Positions 18,491 to 33,400 of a DNA stretch of 64,000 nucleotides are shown piece by piece. A model generated the notes under the pieces. The model was given only the letters and a program-made list of their open reading frames with translations. It searched no databases and was not told the DNA's origin. The position numbers and the translations under genes are program-made. This DNA is from Amphiscolops sp. MND2022 (taxonomy: Eukaryota), in assembly GCA_964187785.1 (NCBI GenBank), contig OZ076421.1, positions 34,410,001 to 34,474,000 on the forward strand, in the 5' to 3' direction. Position 1 is the first letter of the stretch. Each line of letters starts with the position of its first letter.

Positions 18491-21400
18491 CTGAAACCAA
18501 AAAAGAAGTTAATAATATTATTTATATACAAGCACAAAATACATGTTGTTATACGGTTCATCCGTCCTGACCTCTACCGGTCTAGCGTACCAACGAGTTG
18601 TTTACAAACTCAAAAGAACTTGCTCATTATACATTTATTTAGACGATAGATTTGTACTAGTACAGTTGCTAGAAAGACAAACTTATTTAGAAATCTTCTT
18701 TTCTTAACCTTAGCATTAGAATATAATACATGTACGGATCAATTTTGAATTGAATAATTCCAAATAAATGAATGATAAAACTGTAGTTTGAGTGGTTGTT
18801 TTCTGTTCTTACCGAGCGGCCCGTCGGATCATGTAGAGCAGAGTGCTGATGAGAATGATGCCAATGACGAGGAGAGCGGCGACGAAGACGGGCACGAAGG
18901 TCGTGGGCGGGTCTTTGAGGGCCACGATGACTACATTGGACACTGGACTGGCATTCACACTGTCGTTGGCTCTGATTCCCACCGCAAACACCTTCGACTC
19001 AGAGGTGACCCACACGTCCTCTGGAACTTCGAATCTGGCGACAGGGAAAGAACAAAAAAATGTTATTTGGCCGTTTAAAATAAAACGAGAAAGTCCCTCG
19101 CTTAAGGCTCTAAAAGCACAGACTTTCAGATATGCTACAAGGCTGTTTTTCGAAAAAACACCCTTCGGGCTTAAAAGGGCGTTTTCCTAACTGAAAATGT
19201 CAATAAAAGCAAAGGAGGACCTTTTGGTGAAATGATCAAAAAACCAAAAAATCTCACATTGTCAAAAAAGAATTACGGATGACTTTTGTTGAATAACCAA
19301 GAAGCTTTAGTAGCGTTTTATGAGATCATTTACCGATTTCCAACAAAATCAACTTTTCGATCAGTTTTTTAAACTATTTTTTAGTCCAATCAATTCGTTG
19401 ACTATCACTTCCATTTCTCGAAAAATTCAAAACTACTATTCACATAGATGAAACAGACACCATTGAATTTGGAGAAAAAATAAGCATATGATGAAGTTAT
19501 GACTGCTTGATCACGCAATGATTGGATCTACACTGCTGATGTATTACGTTATTAGCATAGACATGGGGGATTTAGAAGACGGGACTCACCTGAGAGCCGG
19601 GGTCTTCTTGACGGAAGTGAACTGTTTTCGGTCGAAGTCATCTCCAATCAGATGTTCGCCCTTGAGTTGGAAGGCCGAGTTGAAGTTGTGGTAGAGTTCG
19701 CTCATGTTGCTGCTTATTCTTACGTCATATCTCACTTCCTTCATCTGGTAAAATGATAACTTCCAGAAAAAAAACGTAACACAGTTGAAGAAACGAAGAA
19801 ATCTATTGGGACGCCACTGGTTCTAGGGATACTGGTGATTGTTATCAAGGAAATTAATAACTTGGAGATACCGACTAAAACAACGCCGGGATATTTTGCA
19901 CCCACCGTGTCAAAATTCCAAAAAATATAGTGCATAGAAACTCCAAAAACGAAACATTTGGGTTCTTCTGCCATCTATAGATATACCAAAGTACTTTAAA
20001 GCGGAACCTTTCGATAATTTTCCAAACAACACAAAAAGCTGAAACGGGTCCACCAATTGGATCTTTTTCTTGCAGTTTGCATGGGAAGGCTATGTATAGA
20101 GAAAAAACAACTCGAAAGAATGGTTCTTCCGACTGCTCGGCACTGGAAGTGTATAACTATCGGGGCACCAAGACTCCAAAAAGTTTTTAAAAAGGTCAGG
20201 GCAAAGTTCGAACACTGGACCCACCACCTTGTAAAAATCTCAATTGCACTAAGCCAGTGGTGGGCATTGTCCAAATTTGCAACTGGCAGTACCACATTGA
20301 GGAAAATTTACGGACCGAATAAAAAAATTTCCTTCTGTATGAAATATGGTGGACATGAAGAAATCTAACAAACATAATTACCACTAACTTATTTCATGCA
20401 ATGCGAAAAGTTCATCACAATAAACGTACATTTTTCAATCAGATTATTTTGACCAAAAAACTTCCATGGAAGGGTCTCTTAGTGACCAAAAACTTTCAGT
20501 TTTGTTCTATCGTTAATCATTTAGGGAACTGTGTAACTCGCTAGTCGAGTCGGAGAGTTCGTGCTTTACTTTAGTTAACTCGACAGAACACCAATAAGTT
20601 GAAAAATTGACAAAAATGAGGTCCGTCGCTTTCAAATGCCGGTCGTACTTATAGCTGAAGCTTCATTAAAAACTTTTCAATGGTGACCTGATGTGCTATT
20701 AGAGTGGGACAGTAACTTAACAACCAGTTGCTCAGTTATTGAGAAAAGGCCATTTCTCTGGAATGTGAAATTTTGCAAGTTTTCACTTTTTCCAGTTACT
20801 TTTTGGCTCGGAAAAAAACCTATATTGACACAAATAACAACTCACCCCAGTTAGTCCAATAGATTGTCGATAAGAAAGACGAATTTTCGTTTTCCTATGT
20901 TTTTTTGTGCTCCGTAATTTTTATTGCGAAAAAAATCGTCGCTGACGAAGTTAATCAGCAAAAAATGTCATTGGAATAAAAGACCGACCTCTCCATTCTG
21001 TCCGTGAATCTGGTCCAAGTCGTCTCCGGGGGGAGTGAAGAGCATGGCCACTGTTCTGTGGGCGAGAGAGGTCTCCACCACACGGAGGTCAATGATCCTG
21101 GCAGGGGGGATGACGTCAGAGTTGTCGGTCTGGGAGCTGGCCAGGGCACTGTTGCTCATGTCGAACGATTCCAGCACGAACTCACGGCGGAATGCGGGTA
21201 AAGAGGACTCGGAAGGACGCATGAAGATCACACCTGAAACATTAAAAGAGTGCTTGTTATAAAGGGGGCAAGAGGGCCACGTTCACCCCGAGAAGCTATG
21301 GAAGAAAATCCATCTGGCACTAGAATCCATACGGGCTGTGACGGCCCTTTAGAAGCAAAAAAACATGGATTATATATTGTAAATTTCATTTTCCATAGCA

Positions 21401-24400
21401 ATCTTTGGATTTTTTTTCAAAAACGAGAAAATATTGGTAATTCCAATTGGTAATTTTTCGAGTTTTCACATTTTTTTGTACGACGACTGCGAAAAAGAAT
21501 GCAATTTTCTGCCTTTTATCCTGAATATTTGCTCTATTTCAAATTTATTGTTCAAGGTCGGCGCCGACATTAATCGTCAGCTTTAAAGTAAAGTTAATTT
21601 TTTATTCAGATGTCTTAACCCGGAATGGAGGTGGAATATTCTGGATGCATCCAAAAATCTGGTGCTTAAACTTTAAACCGCAATATCTCCAAAACTATTC
21701 AAGTCCGACAAACGATTTATACAGCGTTCGAAAGAGGAGCATCGGGGCTTTCAAATCAAATTTTAAACTGCTGGACTTGGGGTTAAACATTATAACTTAT
21801 AATAAATATACAAGTCAAACAAATAAACATCCAAAACGGACGAGGAATGAGCGTAATCGCTTTTCAAGTTCTCGCCCTCAAGAACCAATTTTTATCATTT
21901 TCATACATTTTTTTGAAGTTTTTTTGAAAGATTTGAAAAATTTTTTGAAGATTTTTCGAAACCAATAACAATTCTCACTTAGAAGAGAATAGGATACAGT
22001 TGCTTTTTCGACCTTGAGAAACGGTCGGTGGTTTCTTACCAGGGGCGAGGTCAACGGTGGAGATGCGTCCCAGGTCAGCTAGACGTGGGTCAACTCCGTT
22101 TCCAGTGGCAGTCACTCTGGCTCTGCATCTCTTGGTGCCAGTGTACACGAAATAGGCCGAGTAAACACCGTCATTGGCTGTTACGTCACTGTCTGTTCAA
22201 AAGAAGCTGGCTATTTTTGGTATATAAAAAAGTTAGATTCATTTTTGAATTATTCTGAATAAAACTGGATAGAAATTGAAAACTTAAAATACTTGCCTTC
22301 ATTATCAACAACTTTGTACAGACAATAACTTCAAAAACTGTTTTTTAAGTCGAATGTTCATTGATTTGGTCTCTCAAAAGTGTTCATTCAAATCAAAAAG
22401 TAGCTAATCTGTTTTCAAATTAAACGACATTTTTACAAAAAAATACATATTATTGCAATCAACAAACTATCCAATCAGGACAAAAATTATCAATTGGACA
22501 TCAATACTTTGGATTTCCTTTTAAAACTTGGGTTATATTTAGCGGGGTTCCAAATTTGAGATGATTGAAATTTCGCTCAAGTATTATGCAAACTGTGAAG
22601 CTTATCGACAAACTCGGAACTCAAGTCGATCATGTATAATCTTTATACCGGATTTCTGGAAAAAAAATATTAGGGGGTCTACATCACAGGGGGGGGGGGT
22701 TGTAGGGTTGGTTTGGTCGCGAATTTCACCTCCTAAACAGTACAAGGGGTGATTCCTAAAAGGAACTGCAGAGTATGGGAAAGTAAACAAAACTTCGATA
22801 TCTGTCCAAAACTAACTTGCTCCGTTGTCTAACAAGGTAACAGTTCGTGTGTGAGATCCGGGGTCGTTATTTCCAGCAGTCACTCCGTTTCCACACTCAA
22901 ATAGGACATTGACCTCTGCACCCAACACTGCGTGGTAATCTCCCCATGTCAATTGGGCTTGAACAACCTTCATGTTGTAACTAAAAGCAATCTTCCCATT
23001 GAACTTCGAACGACAAACGCATAAAACATGCAATCAACTTGGCCTAGTTCTGTTAAATTTTGAGATTCCAAAATAGGCATTGCTCTGTATATTGCAAACA
23101 AAAAATACACACTTGAAAAACGTTATTGTTTTCGAAAACGAATTTTGGGCTCATTTTTGAAATAAATCTGTAATTTTCATGGAATAAAAAATTTGACTCT
23201 GATGCAAGCATTCTGTATTATAATTTTTCTGGAACTTCACATCTTTCATAGATATTCTTTCTAATAATAAACAAAACATAAGGTGATGTAATAAAATGGG
23301 AAAATTTTACAGACCGAGGCTCCTCTACAATTTTTCCAGTAAGCCTTACGATGGGGGTTTCTTGTTTCAGATACTCAGCCAACTGTTCACGCCTCTGCTC
23401 ACGTTGCAACTCATCCGAAGAAACCAACGAACTAATGCCGTCATTCTCGGATTCCGCATCTTCGGCATCCGGTTTCTCCGAAGTCTGCTTGTCATCGCCT
23501 TCAACCGATCGCTTCTCGGTTCCTTGATCGTTGGTGACGTCATTTTCGGTTTCTTTGGCGGACGAGACAGAGGCAGATTCGGTTTGCTTAGGGGGTTCAA
23601 CGATGAAAGGACCTTTTGAGGGGATATCGACAAGAAGTTGCCCTTCAAGAGCAGTCGAGGAATCTTCAGGAACTGAAACTTCGACAGTCCAGTTGCCAAT
23701 GCACTGAAACACAATGCTCCAGTCAGTAATGCGTTTCTCATTAAGATCGATTGTACGATATCAAATTCAGTTTAGACACTTTTATAAAAAATGAACTTCA
23801 AGATTTCTCAATATTAAAAAATAAGCCAAGGAGCTAAGTATTTTGTTTTTGAAATGTAGACAAACTTACCCATGGAAGCATCCAAAAATACACAACTTGG
23901 ATAAGACGGTCAAGAAAGGAAACATTTATCTTAGTTGATTTCTAAAGAAGAATCTATATTTTTGGAGAATAAAATTGGAACATGACAACACTTACAAAAA
24001 CAATGCGGCCTTTCCTATAAACATATGGGCAGAAAATAATATATTAAAGATGGTTTATAAACATAATGAATAGGTCGGTAGTTCCAGGTACCCATTTTTC
24101 ATTCAAAAGAAAAATTCACATTTTATGTAGGCAAAATCATGACGTAATGTAAGAAGGTTACGCCTGTCTATGGTATCATTTACCTTGGATCCAGAGAGTG
24201 GGATCATAAATCGGACAGTGTTGGTGTCATTCAGCTTCGACACAATTTCCGGCTTCTGCCCTGCCACACTTCCTTTGGGCGAGAACATGAACACTGTCGG
24301 CTTAGTCGACTTTCTTCCAGGCACGCGAGTCGAATAAGGAGCTGTGATTGAGATCTCAGGGAACTGAATACAATAATGTAATAAATTAATTTATCTGGCA

Positions 24401-27400
24401 TACTATTAGAAAACAATTCACTTTATTATCAAGATGAAGATGTAGCCAGAAAAGACTACCAATAGACTTGTGCCAGTTCGTTTGATTGAAGGCTTGCAAT
24501 ATTCAAATAGAAAACATGGTCAAAGCTAATTTAGAACGTAACAGAAGGATCAATACTTTTTGCTTGAACTTCAGATCAATGAATTTCTCGGAAAAACATG
24601 AGAGTAGTTATTTTCTAAAATATTAGTTCTTTAAAAAAGTAGTATAATACTTTCAGCGAAGAACTTTTGAAAATTTTCTTCACAAAAATTTGAGATTTGA
24701 AAAAAAAATCCCCTCAGAAGATTAACGTGACGTAGAAAATGCTAGTCTTCCTGAAAATTGTTGGCACAAGTCAAACAAATTTCAAAAATTGGCCTCAAAA
24801 CCCAACAACTAAAAAAGGCATCAACATTTTTTTTCCATTTTTTCACTAACTTCCAATACGATATGATTTTAATTCTTCTGTAAAATCAGAGTCTAAGTCC
24901 TAAAAATCCTACTTTCACAGCAGCTAACACACCTATCAGAATGCACCTTCAGTGAACAAGTGTACTATATGATAAATCGAATTGTTTCGAATCGAATTGA
25001 AACTTTCAAAAAATTTTGAATGATTTTCAATAACCAGCACTAACCAGAGGAGAAGCTTTGTCAGAATCGATCACATCCAGAACGAAAATCACTCTGAGGA
25101 AATCTCCCCCGTCTATGGGTACACTGGTGCGGGCCGGGGTTCCAGGCTGAGCTGTCATCTTGAGTTGGGAAATCTGTTTAAAGGGAAAATTTTCAAAGGG
25201 AAATCTGTTTAATTACATGCATACAAGGAACAAACGAGGAACAGGAACGTGAATAAAATCTAAGGAATAACGTCTAAAATTCAATGTCTTGAGATAGGGA
25301 ATGAGCATGAATTCGCTCTCAACGTTCTCCCCGTTTTGTATCTAGACGTCATTCCTTGGATGTTATTCATGCTCGACAACGCGTGATTATAAATCTTGTG
25401 CAGTGCAAGTATGAAGCTAGGTGTTCAAAAAGCTATCTATCACAGTGAGATTTGAAGGAGACAGACAAGATTTCAAGAGGTATTTTGTATACGTACAAAC
25501 TTTCCGCTCAAAATTTCTAAAGCTGAGGAATCTTAGTCAAGATTTTCACACAAACAGAATAATTATCTGACGACACATTACCAGCTATATACAACTATCA
25601 TATTTGAAGCAGAGTTTTGACACCACTAGTTAGCGGTTTAGCGAATTAGCGGCCACAAAGGAATTTTTCAGCGATTTCATTAGCGATTCAAATTAGCGGC
25701 AGCTAAACATGTGAAATACCAAAATTTCTTCAGAGTATACACAAAGTTTCAAAATACATGTCGAAAAACTCCATTTTTCCTTTCATAAAGCCCACAAAGT
25801 ATAAAACTTCCGACATTTTCTCTTGTAAAAACAATCATTTCATCATCTAACATTCTTTAGACCAAATATTTAATCGTTCGGGAAAATGCTTTTTAGAGAA
25901 TTAGCGATGTCAAAACCCTGAATTGAAGGAGCGGAGAGTTGAGTTCAATTTTCGGGGAAAACCAGATATGCAAACCTACCAAAAAATCGAGCATTTGCAT
26001 CAGCCGCGAATGAAAACAGGAATTGAGGTTAAAATTGATCAGCATGCGGCTTGAAAAAACGTTGACGGAAAAGCTAGATACGGAAATTTCTTTTTTAACA
26101 CAGTGTTAAAACTCTTACTAAAGATAAATTATCACAGTTAAATTTTTACAGCGATTAATTCTAACTAAAGCAAAGTGAAAACCTTTCACAGTTGAAGTGA
26201 ACGAAAAAAAAAGCAAAAAAGAAATGAACAAGTTGATTTGCATTTTAGAAACTATTTCCAAGAAAAAAACGGCTCAATCTTCCAAGAAAACTCCGTAAAC
26301 AAGGTGCCCACTCAATACCGTGACTACTTTCAGCCCGGAAGGGTCTACAAACGTCCTTTTGAACACTTTCAAAAATGATCATTTGTTGATTGGGTATATT
26401 GAAAGTTATCTATATCTGAAAATTGCCATTCATACATCTATGCAATTTTTGTCGCCATTTTTCGAAGTTGTCACAAAATTGAGAAAAAGGACTACGGCAA
26501 ACTTTGGAAAAAAACAGACCAACAAACTACGTCATAAAATATACATTTTGTGAGCAGGCAAAAATCAACCAGCCAATTTATTGCATCGAAAATTTCACTT
26601 TTTTTCAGGCTCAATCAAAAATCAAATCAAGTAAATTAATTTTCTAAATTTTTGAGCATTCCAGGTTTTCAATCAACCAATCACATGCAGAAGATGAGCA
26701 GCAGTAAAACATTGCTACTAAGTGAAAAGATTCGTGCAAAACTGAAGATAGATTGAAAATACAGTGGGCAGTTGGGTAGCAGGACTAATAACCCTCCATT
26801 TCCCCTTGTTGTATTCATCATCAAATTTTAGATAAATTTGGAAAATAATAATTCTGAGTAATTCATTTCCGGACGATCGCAAAAACGGGAGACGGACTGT
26901 GGAGATGAAACTTAACCGCTGATGGAACCTCTTTTAACCGAGCATCCAGTCAGAACTTTCAGATTGCAGCACAATTATGGCCCATTAGCGATAGAGCAAA
27001 AAACCATTTCGAAATTTAAAATATGGGACTTTTAACCAAAGCAAAAAGTCCTCTTACGATGAAAAGTTGTAAAAGATGAGAAGTGAAACCTCGAAAGAGG
27101 CAAAAACACCATTAACATCTATCATAAAAACGTGAACAAACTCTGGCTTCAATTTTGAAAGAGAAAAAAGCACCTCAACTCATGAACACCTCAAAAGATA
27201 ATTTTGCAATAATAGTTGTAAATACGTTAGTAGTTGGTCGAATCGTGACGTAATATCTTACGAAATGTCCCGTAGCAGGTGTCAAATAATCTTTGGTGGT
27301 CTTTATATCGCTCAGAGTGGCCTGTAACTGGGGTTGGATTCGTCCAATGAAATTGGTGGGTTCGAAAGGTCCAGGGTACAGCATGAGGAGGTTGAGTTGG

Positions 27401-30400
27401 TTTTTCTCAATGAAACTGTGCTGGGTCCATGCATAGGGCTCCGAGAATATGATATCCCTCTGCTTCGCCCAGGAAGCAATCACGATCTGGACATTCGGGG
27501 AGGCCAAGGCACCGTCATAATTAACTGCCTATTAACGCATGCAAGGTATGGTAAATAACGCCATGGTGACAAATATGTACATTTTAAATTATAACAAGTA
27601 ATAAGATTTGTAGTTAAAAACGGTTCGGAAAACAATCACAATTAGCCAATCTACAGTATGTATGTAGCAATGTAAATCAAAAGCACTGCATAAAACTCGG
27701 TTGCATCAGAAAGAGATTGAAATACAGACGAAGAGAATTCCAGTCAACTGGAATCTTGGAATCAAAAATGGAAATTTGGAAGAATACGAATAAATAAGAT
27801 ACATTTAGAGGTATGAAGTTTCAAAAACTGTTATAATTACACAGAAAAAATATGCACATGACAAAAAATTGGGCTTAAACATGAGACCCAATGCAAAAGC
27901 AAAAGTCAAAAGTAAAAAACTCAATTCGCTCATCTAACTGCATTGTTCAAATTTTACGAAGGAAATTAATAAAATAGTTGCCAGTCGCAATGTATTTTTA
28001 AAAACATTCATTAGAGGAACCTTCATTCACTTATGGGAAAGTTTCACATGCGATGGCTTCACTGGGTCTCTGATTGCCCCGTAAGCTTCTCGACTTCGAA
28101 AATTACTGAATTTTTGGAGCCCTCTAAAAACAGAAAATTAACAAAAATTTTTAAAATAAGGCAAAAATGGCCTAAAAAACATTATATGTTAGCACCTTCC
28201 TATCTTTTGTAGACAATATTATAAAACAATGAAAACCAAAGAAGTATAGCTCCAGATTAACCAAATTATTAAGCAGGATTTTTGCCCCACGGTCAAAGCG
28301 ATGCCCAAAACCTTATCGGTCCGTTTTCTTTCCGATTGATACATTTTACACTAGATCAAATACTTTGAACGCTACGATGTCCAATTTAACCAGTGGTTTA
28401 ATTAACCATCAGTTGTATAATCCGTCTTGAAAACGCTTGGCTAAGTAGATTAGATTATGAGCAAATCGTTTAAAGTAATCGCCTAAATGTAATCGGTTAA
28501 TAGAGTGGATAGGCTGAAACGTGAACCCACTCAACTGCTATAAATCGGTTTTTTATTTTCCGTCCATATTTCATATGGAAAAGGAAAATATTTAAATCAA
28601 ACGGGTTTTTTTTACAAAATTTGCCAAGAATTTATTTATATCAAAAAAGGGTTTAGCTGAAGGGTTTCACCCATAGAATTCAGCTGATGTAAAATTAGCA
28701 TCATGCGGTATGTATTTGTGGAGATTTTTGGACTTTTTTGGTTGACCCCGAAGACCCCAGAATGACCCGAAAATAGTAAAAAGTGCAAAGGTTTCGGATT
28801 TTTACCGTTTTTATGCAAATTTTGTAATATTTTCGATAGATTTTGTGGCTTTGAATGTTGAAAGAGAAAAATTTCGTTATCCAAGAGGCTTTTTCAAAGA
28901 AATAAATGCAACTTTATACAGAAAAAAGCCTCATATTGCGATCAAAATTTAAAAAACTTCCAAAAGTTCGAATTATTACCGTTTTTATGCAATTTTTGTC
29001 AAATTTTTGATACACTTGCTAGCTTAGAAAGTTAAAAACATTCAACAAGGAAAGATTTTGTTGTCCAAGGGGCGTCGTCGAAGTTATAAATGCAATTTGA
29101 TTTGTAAAAATGCCTCAAATTCAGACCGAAAATGACAAAAATCCCAGAAACTTCAGATTTTTGAAAATTTCATGCAATTTTTGTCAATTTTTCGAAAGAC
29201 TTGGTGGCGTAGAATGCCAAAGACGTTCAACAAGGGAAACATCGGTGTCCGAGAGTCTTCCTTGAAGAGGTAAAAGCAATTTTTGCTGGAAAATGCATCC
29301 AATTCACACCAAAATTGACAAAAAAAGTTCAGCTTTTTGAAAATTTTATTCAATTTTTGTTATTTTTCTAAAAACTTGGTGGCTTAGAATCTCACAGACG
29401 TTCAAAAAGGAAACAATTTGTGGTCCGGGGGCTTTTTTGAACAGGTAAAAGCAATTTGTTCTGGAAAAATGCATCAAATTTAGACCGAAATTGACAAAAA
29501 TAACAAAAAAATCAGGTTTTTGAAAATTTTATGCAGTTTTTGTGTACTTTTCGGAAAACTTGGTGACTTAGAAAATTAAAGACGTTCAACAAGGAACAAA
29601 TTCGTTGTCAGAGAGGCTTTTGTTAAGAAGAAGACAAAGTTTTCTACTGAAAAAAACGCACAAATTGCGACCAAAATTTACGAAAACTTTATGCAATTTT
29701 TCACCTTTTTATCCAACTTTTGTCAAATTTCTAAAATTTTCGTGCATCAAAACATTGAATACGATCAACAGCGAGTGATTTCGTTGTCCATTAGGGTTGT
29801 TTGCGGAGATAAATGCAGTTTTATAAAAAATTGCAACAAGGACCACGAAATAGTCAAATCTTACTTTTTTTTACAATTTTGTATTTCCAACGCAACTTTT
29901 GTAAAAACTTCAACCTTTTCATGGATCAAAACTCTGAAACGGTTCAACAACAACTGAAGGCGTTCTCCTGTAGGCTTTTGGATGGGATATGTGCCAGTTT
30001 CTGAAGAAAAATTGAGCTTTAATTTGACACAAAAATTGTTGAAAAGGCCTAAAAATTCCAGTTTATGTAGGTTCTTCATGTTATTTGAGTCTATAATTTA
30101 TGTGTAACTTTATGTGACTTTATGTGTATCTCTTGAGTCTCAAAATTATGTCATTGCTTGAACAGTTTGGACGGAAAATATCCTGCTGGTCTGCGGGCGT
30201 CTTGTTACAAAAATTCCTGCACAAAGTTTCAACTTTTGTTTCAAAACACCATTTGATTAAAGTTTCATCATCTCGAATTTTGAATGACTCGTCAAATGGA
30301 CGTTTTCAGGGCCGCTGAGCGTTAAAATATTGAAGAATCGGTTAAATTCGCATTCGATGCAAAATTGCTTAATCGATTGGGTTGAAATATTTGGATCGGT

Positions 30401-33400
30401 TTTTGTTTAAAACAACGCTCAACTTTTTATACAACTTAACAGCACAGGTTAATTAAACACTTGAAATATTTGACGAAAATATGTAATTACTGCAACTCAC
30501 AATTTTTTAGTATTTCATTTTTAAATACATTTCGATCTAGGTCTGTCTATTCGACTGTCCTGTCACCCATAAACAAACTGCAACCAAGTTAACAGTGACG
30601 TCGTAAAAAGGTCAGTGCAGGATTTATCTACCCTTTCTTTTTCGGAGTTTCGTTAAGTTTTTTCAATAGATATTCATATTTTTTCTAGTCACAGCCGGAA
30701 ACAGCAAAAGATTTCATACTCATTCGATGAAGAGCGAATATGTTTTCACATTTGCTTTCGAAGATTCCAACTTTGGTTTCAAAAATTTCACGTTTGTTTC
30801 CAAAGATTTCACACTTGGTTCCGAAAATTTCACATTTGGTTTCGTAACTTCGATAAGTTGAAAAGGTAGATACACTCAACTCCGTTTATAACGATATTCC
30901 GGTTATAGCGATAGAGTTTCACGGTCCCGGCCACGATGCTAGTATATAACCATTTTCGCCTATAACGATATTCGGATATAACGATTAAAAACCGCCGGTC
31001 CCCGGGCAATCTTTATAAGCGGAGTTGAGTGTACGTGAAATTCTACGTGAAACGACAGGCAAAATATTCTCATGGCCTTGTTTCGCCGCGGTGAACAAAC
31101 CATGTTGGTTGTTCGTTGGAACTGAGAAACAGAGTCGTACAAACTTCCATTTAAGGAATGTGCCATGTCTAGAATGAGTTTGCGGGGATACGCGATGGTT
31201 GCATCCCCGATAATGACGACTGAGAAAATGACGGAACGAGACTGCAGGTTTCCAGGGATGACCTCTAAAAACGTCCAGGAAAAACCTGGAATAGTTTTTC
31301 ATTACAAAATGGTCATAAATTCAGTGGATTCATGTATTAAAATGCAAAAATGAATGTTAATTCGTGGTCCACTTCTTGTTCAAACTGGTTTAATTCAAAT
31401 TTGTACAGTCAACTCCGGTTAATTCGTATCCGGATAATTCGGATCTTCGTTTAATTCGTACGTCTTTGAGACCCCCATTTCAGGACGACCAAAGTAAAAT
31501 CATCCAGTTAATTCGTATTTCTCGTTATTCGTAGTATTTTATTCGGTCCCTAGCGATACGAATTAGGCGGATTCCACTGTACATGCAAATACCAAAACGA
31601 TTTATGATCACTTAATGGAACTCAGGAAAATCAATGCTGGAACAATTACTACCACAGTAATCCAGAATGTTGTACTAAAGACTTTAAATACTAGTTATTG
31701 AAAATTTATGTCGCAATTAAAAATGTCGCAACGATATAATGGGTCATCCCTGCATATCCCGTCTGTTGGCCTCGTCCACATAAGGATAATTGTTCTCCTC
31801 GTGACTGCAAAAGAGCACAATGCTCTTCGCAGAAAACACAGAGGATGCTCCGATGGACTGCATGAGAAATAAGATGAAAACACTTGGTACAATGTTTGAG
31901 ACAAGAAATTGTTACATTGAAAAAGAATATCAAGGTTGAAGAAGTTTCAAAAAGAACGGCAGCAATGAAACGATACAAGAGACAGTCGAGTTGGAGAAAA
32001 TAAGTTAGGCCCGTTCTAACCTAGGTTATCGCAATGTTTCTATATTAAGTTTAGTTAATGCATCGAAAAATATGTAAGCATTTCATTTTTTGAAATGATT
32101 ATCATATATTAAGTTTAATGCATCGAAAAATAGATGAGCATTTAAAATTTAAAATGATCATCGAACGCCAAATATCATATAGAAATTTTCTAGAGCATCA
32201 TATATCAAGATGTTTTTGCGAAAACATATCAATTCCAAATGCGATATGCACCGACTTTAAAGTCGCAATTTGATCATAAATTTTTAACGATGATTCACGA
32301 CACATGATAACAATAACCCCCATGAGCAGTGATGTACATTCAAATATTAGAATTGAAATTAATTCATATCATATAAATTTTAATTGATTTAAAAAGGCTC
32401 TTTAATTGCTGAAGGATGCTTTTAAAAATCTCTAATTTTGAAGAAAACTATTTTTTTAGTCAACGTTTTTAACATCAACCATGTTCTGATCTCCAAATTT
32501 TCAAAATCTCTGCCCAATTTATATTTGAATCAAAATTTTAGAAATTTCGATCTAAATTTAAATTTCAAAAAGATTCAAATGAACATCACTGCATTTCCTC
32601 CTTATTAGCCCTGCTAGATTAAAAATATGTCTCACATTCGCATACAAGGATGATCACTATCAGAGATGCGCTGTATTCATTGGCGTATCATTACCACATA
32701 TTTGGCAACTGTCTGCTCTGTTTGAAGTGTGAAAGTGCCCCCAGAAGTGGCCTTCAATGGACTACTTTGTTCTGTGCCCATGTACAGGGAGTATACACTG
32801 GCACTGTGGTCTTTTATGACGTCACTCAGTAGCAGGTAGGAGTATTCCTGTGACAGAGTGACTGTCAATTGGCCGATTGCGCAATTGAACGAATTTCCAC
32901 TCAATTCCACGAATTTGGAACCACTAAGTTTTCATTAAAGTCTAATTTCAAATCATTCGCTTTTGGCCCTCAATACAATTAATACAATTTATCTAACGTT
33001 GAATACTTTATCTAACCGCCGTACTTTTGAAATTAACAAACCGCATTCAGCAATAGAACTTCGATAATCAGGTACTTCAAGATAAGTCGCTACAAGCAGG
33101 CTGTAATTTCATTTCAAAAAAGACGTACGTCTTAAATATACATCATTTTTTGCTTTCGCTGGGCATTTTCACTTCAAACTCCCAAAGTTCAATTTTGATC
33201 CGAATTTTCCAGAAACTTTAGTGATGTTTTCTATGCGCACGGTGTTTATTCCATGATAAAACTCAGAAAAAAAGGAAAGGTTTTCTCCCGAAAGACCAAT
33301 CGGCCAGTTGACTAAGCAGTACTTGTATGTAAACCACAGTCAGTGCCGTGAAGGCCTTGAACATTTCATCGCTGTGGGCATTCACGTAAGGCCGGAAGTT

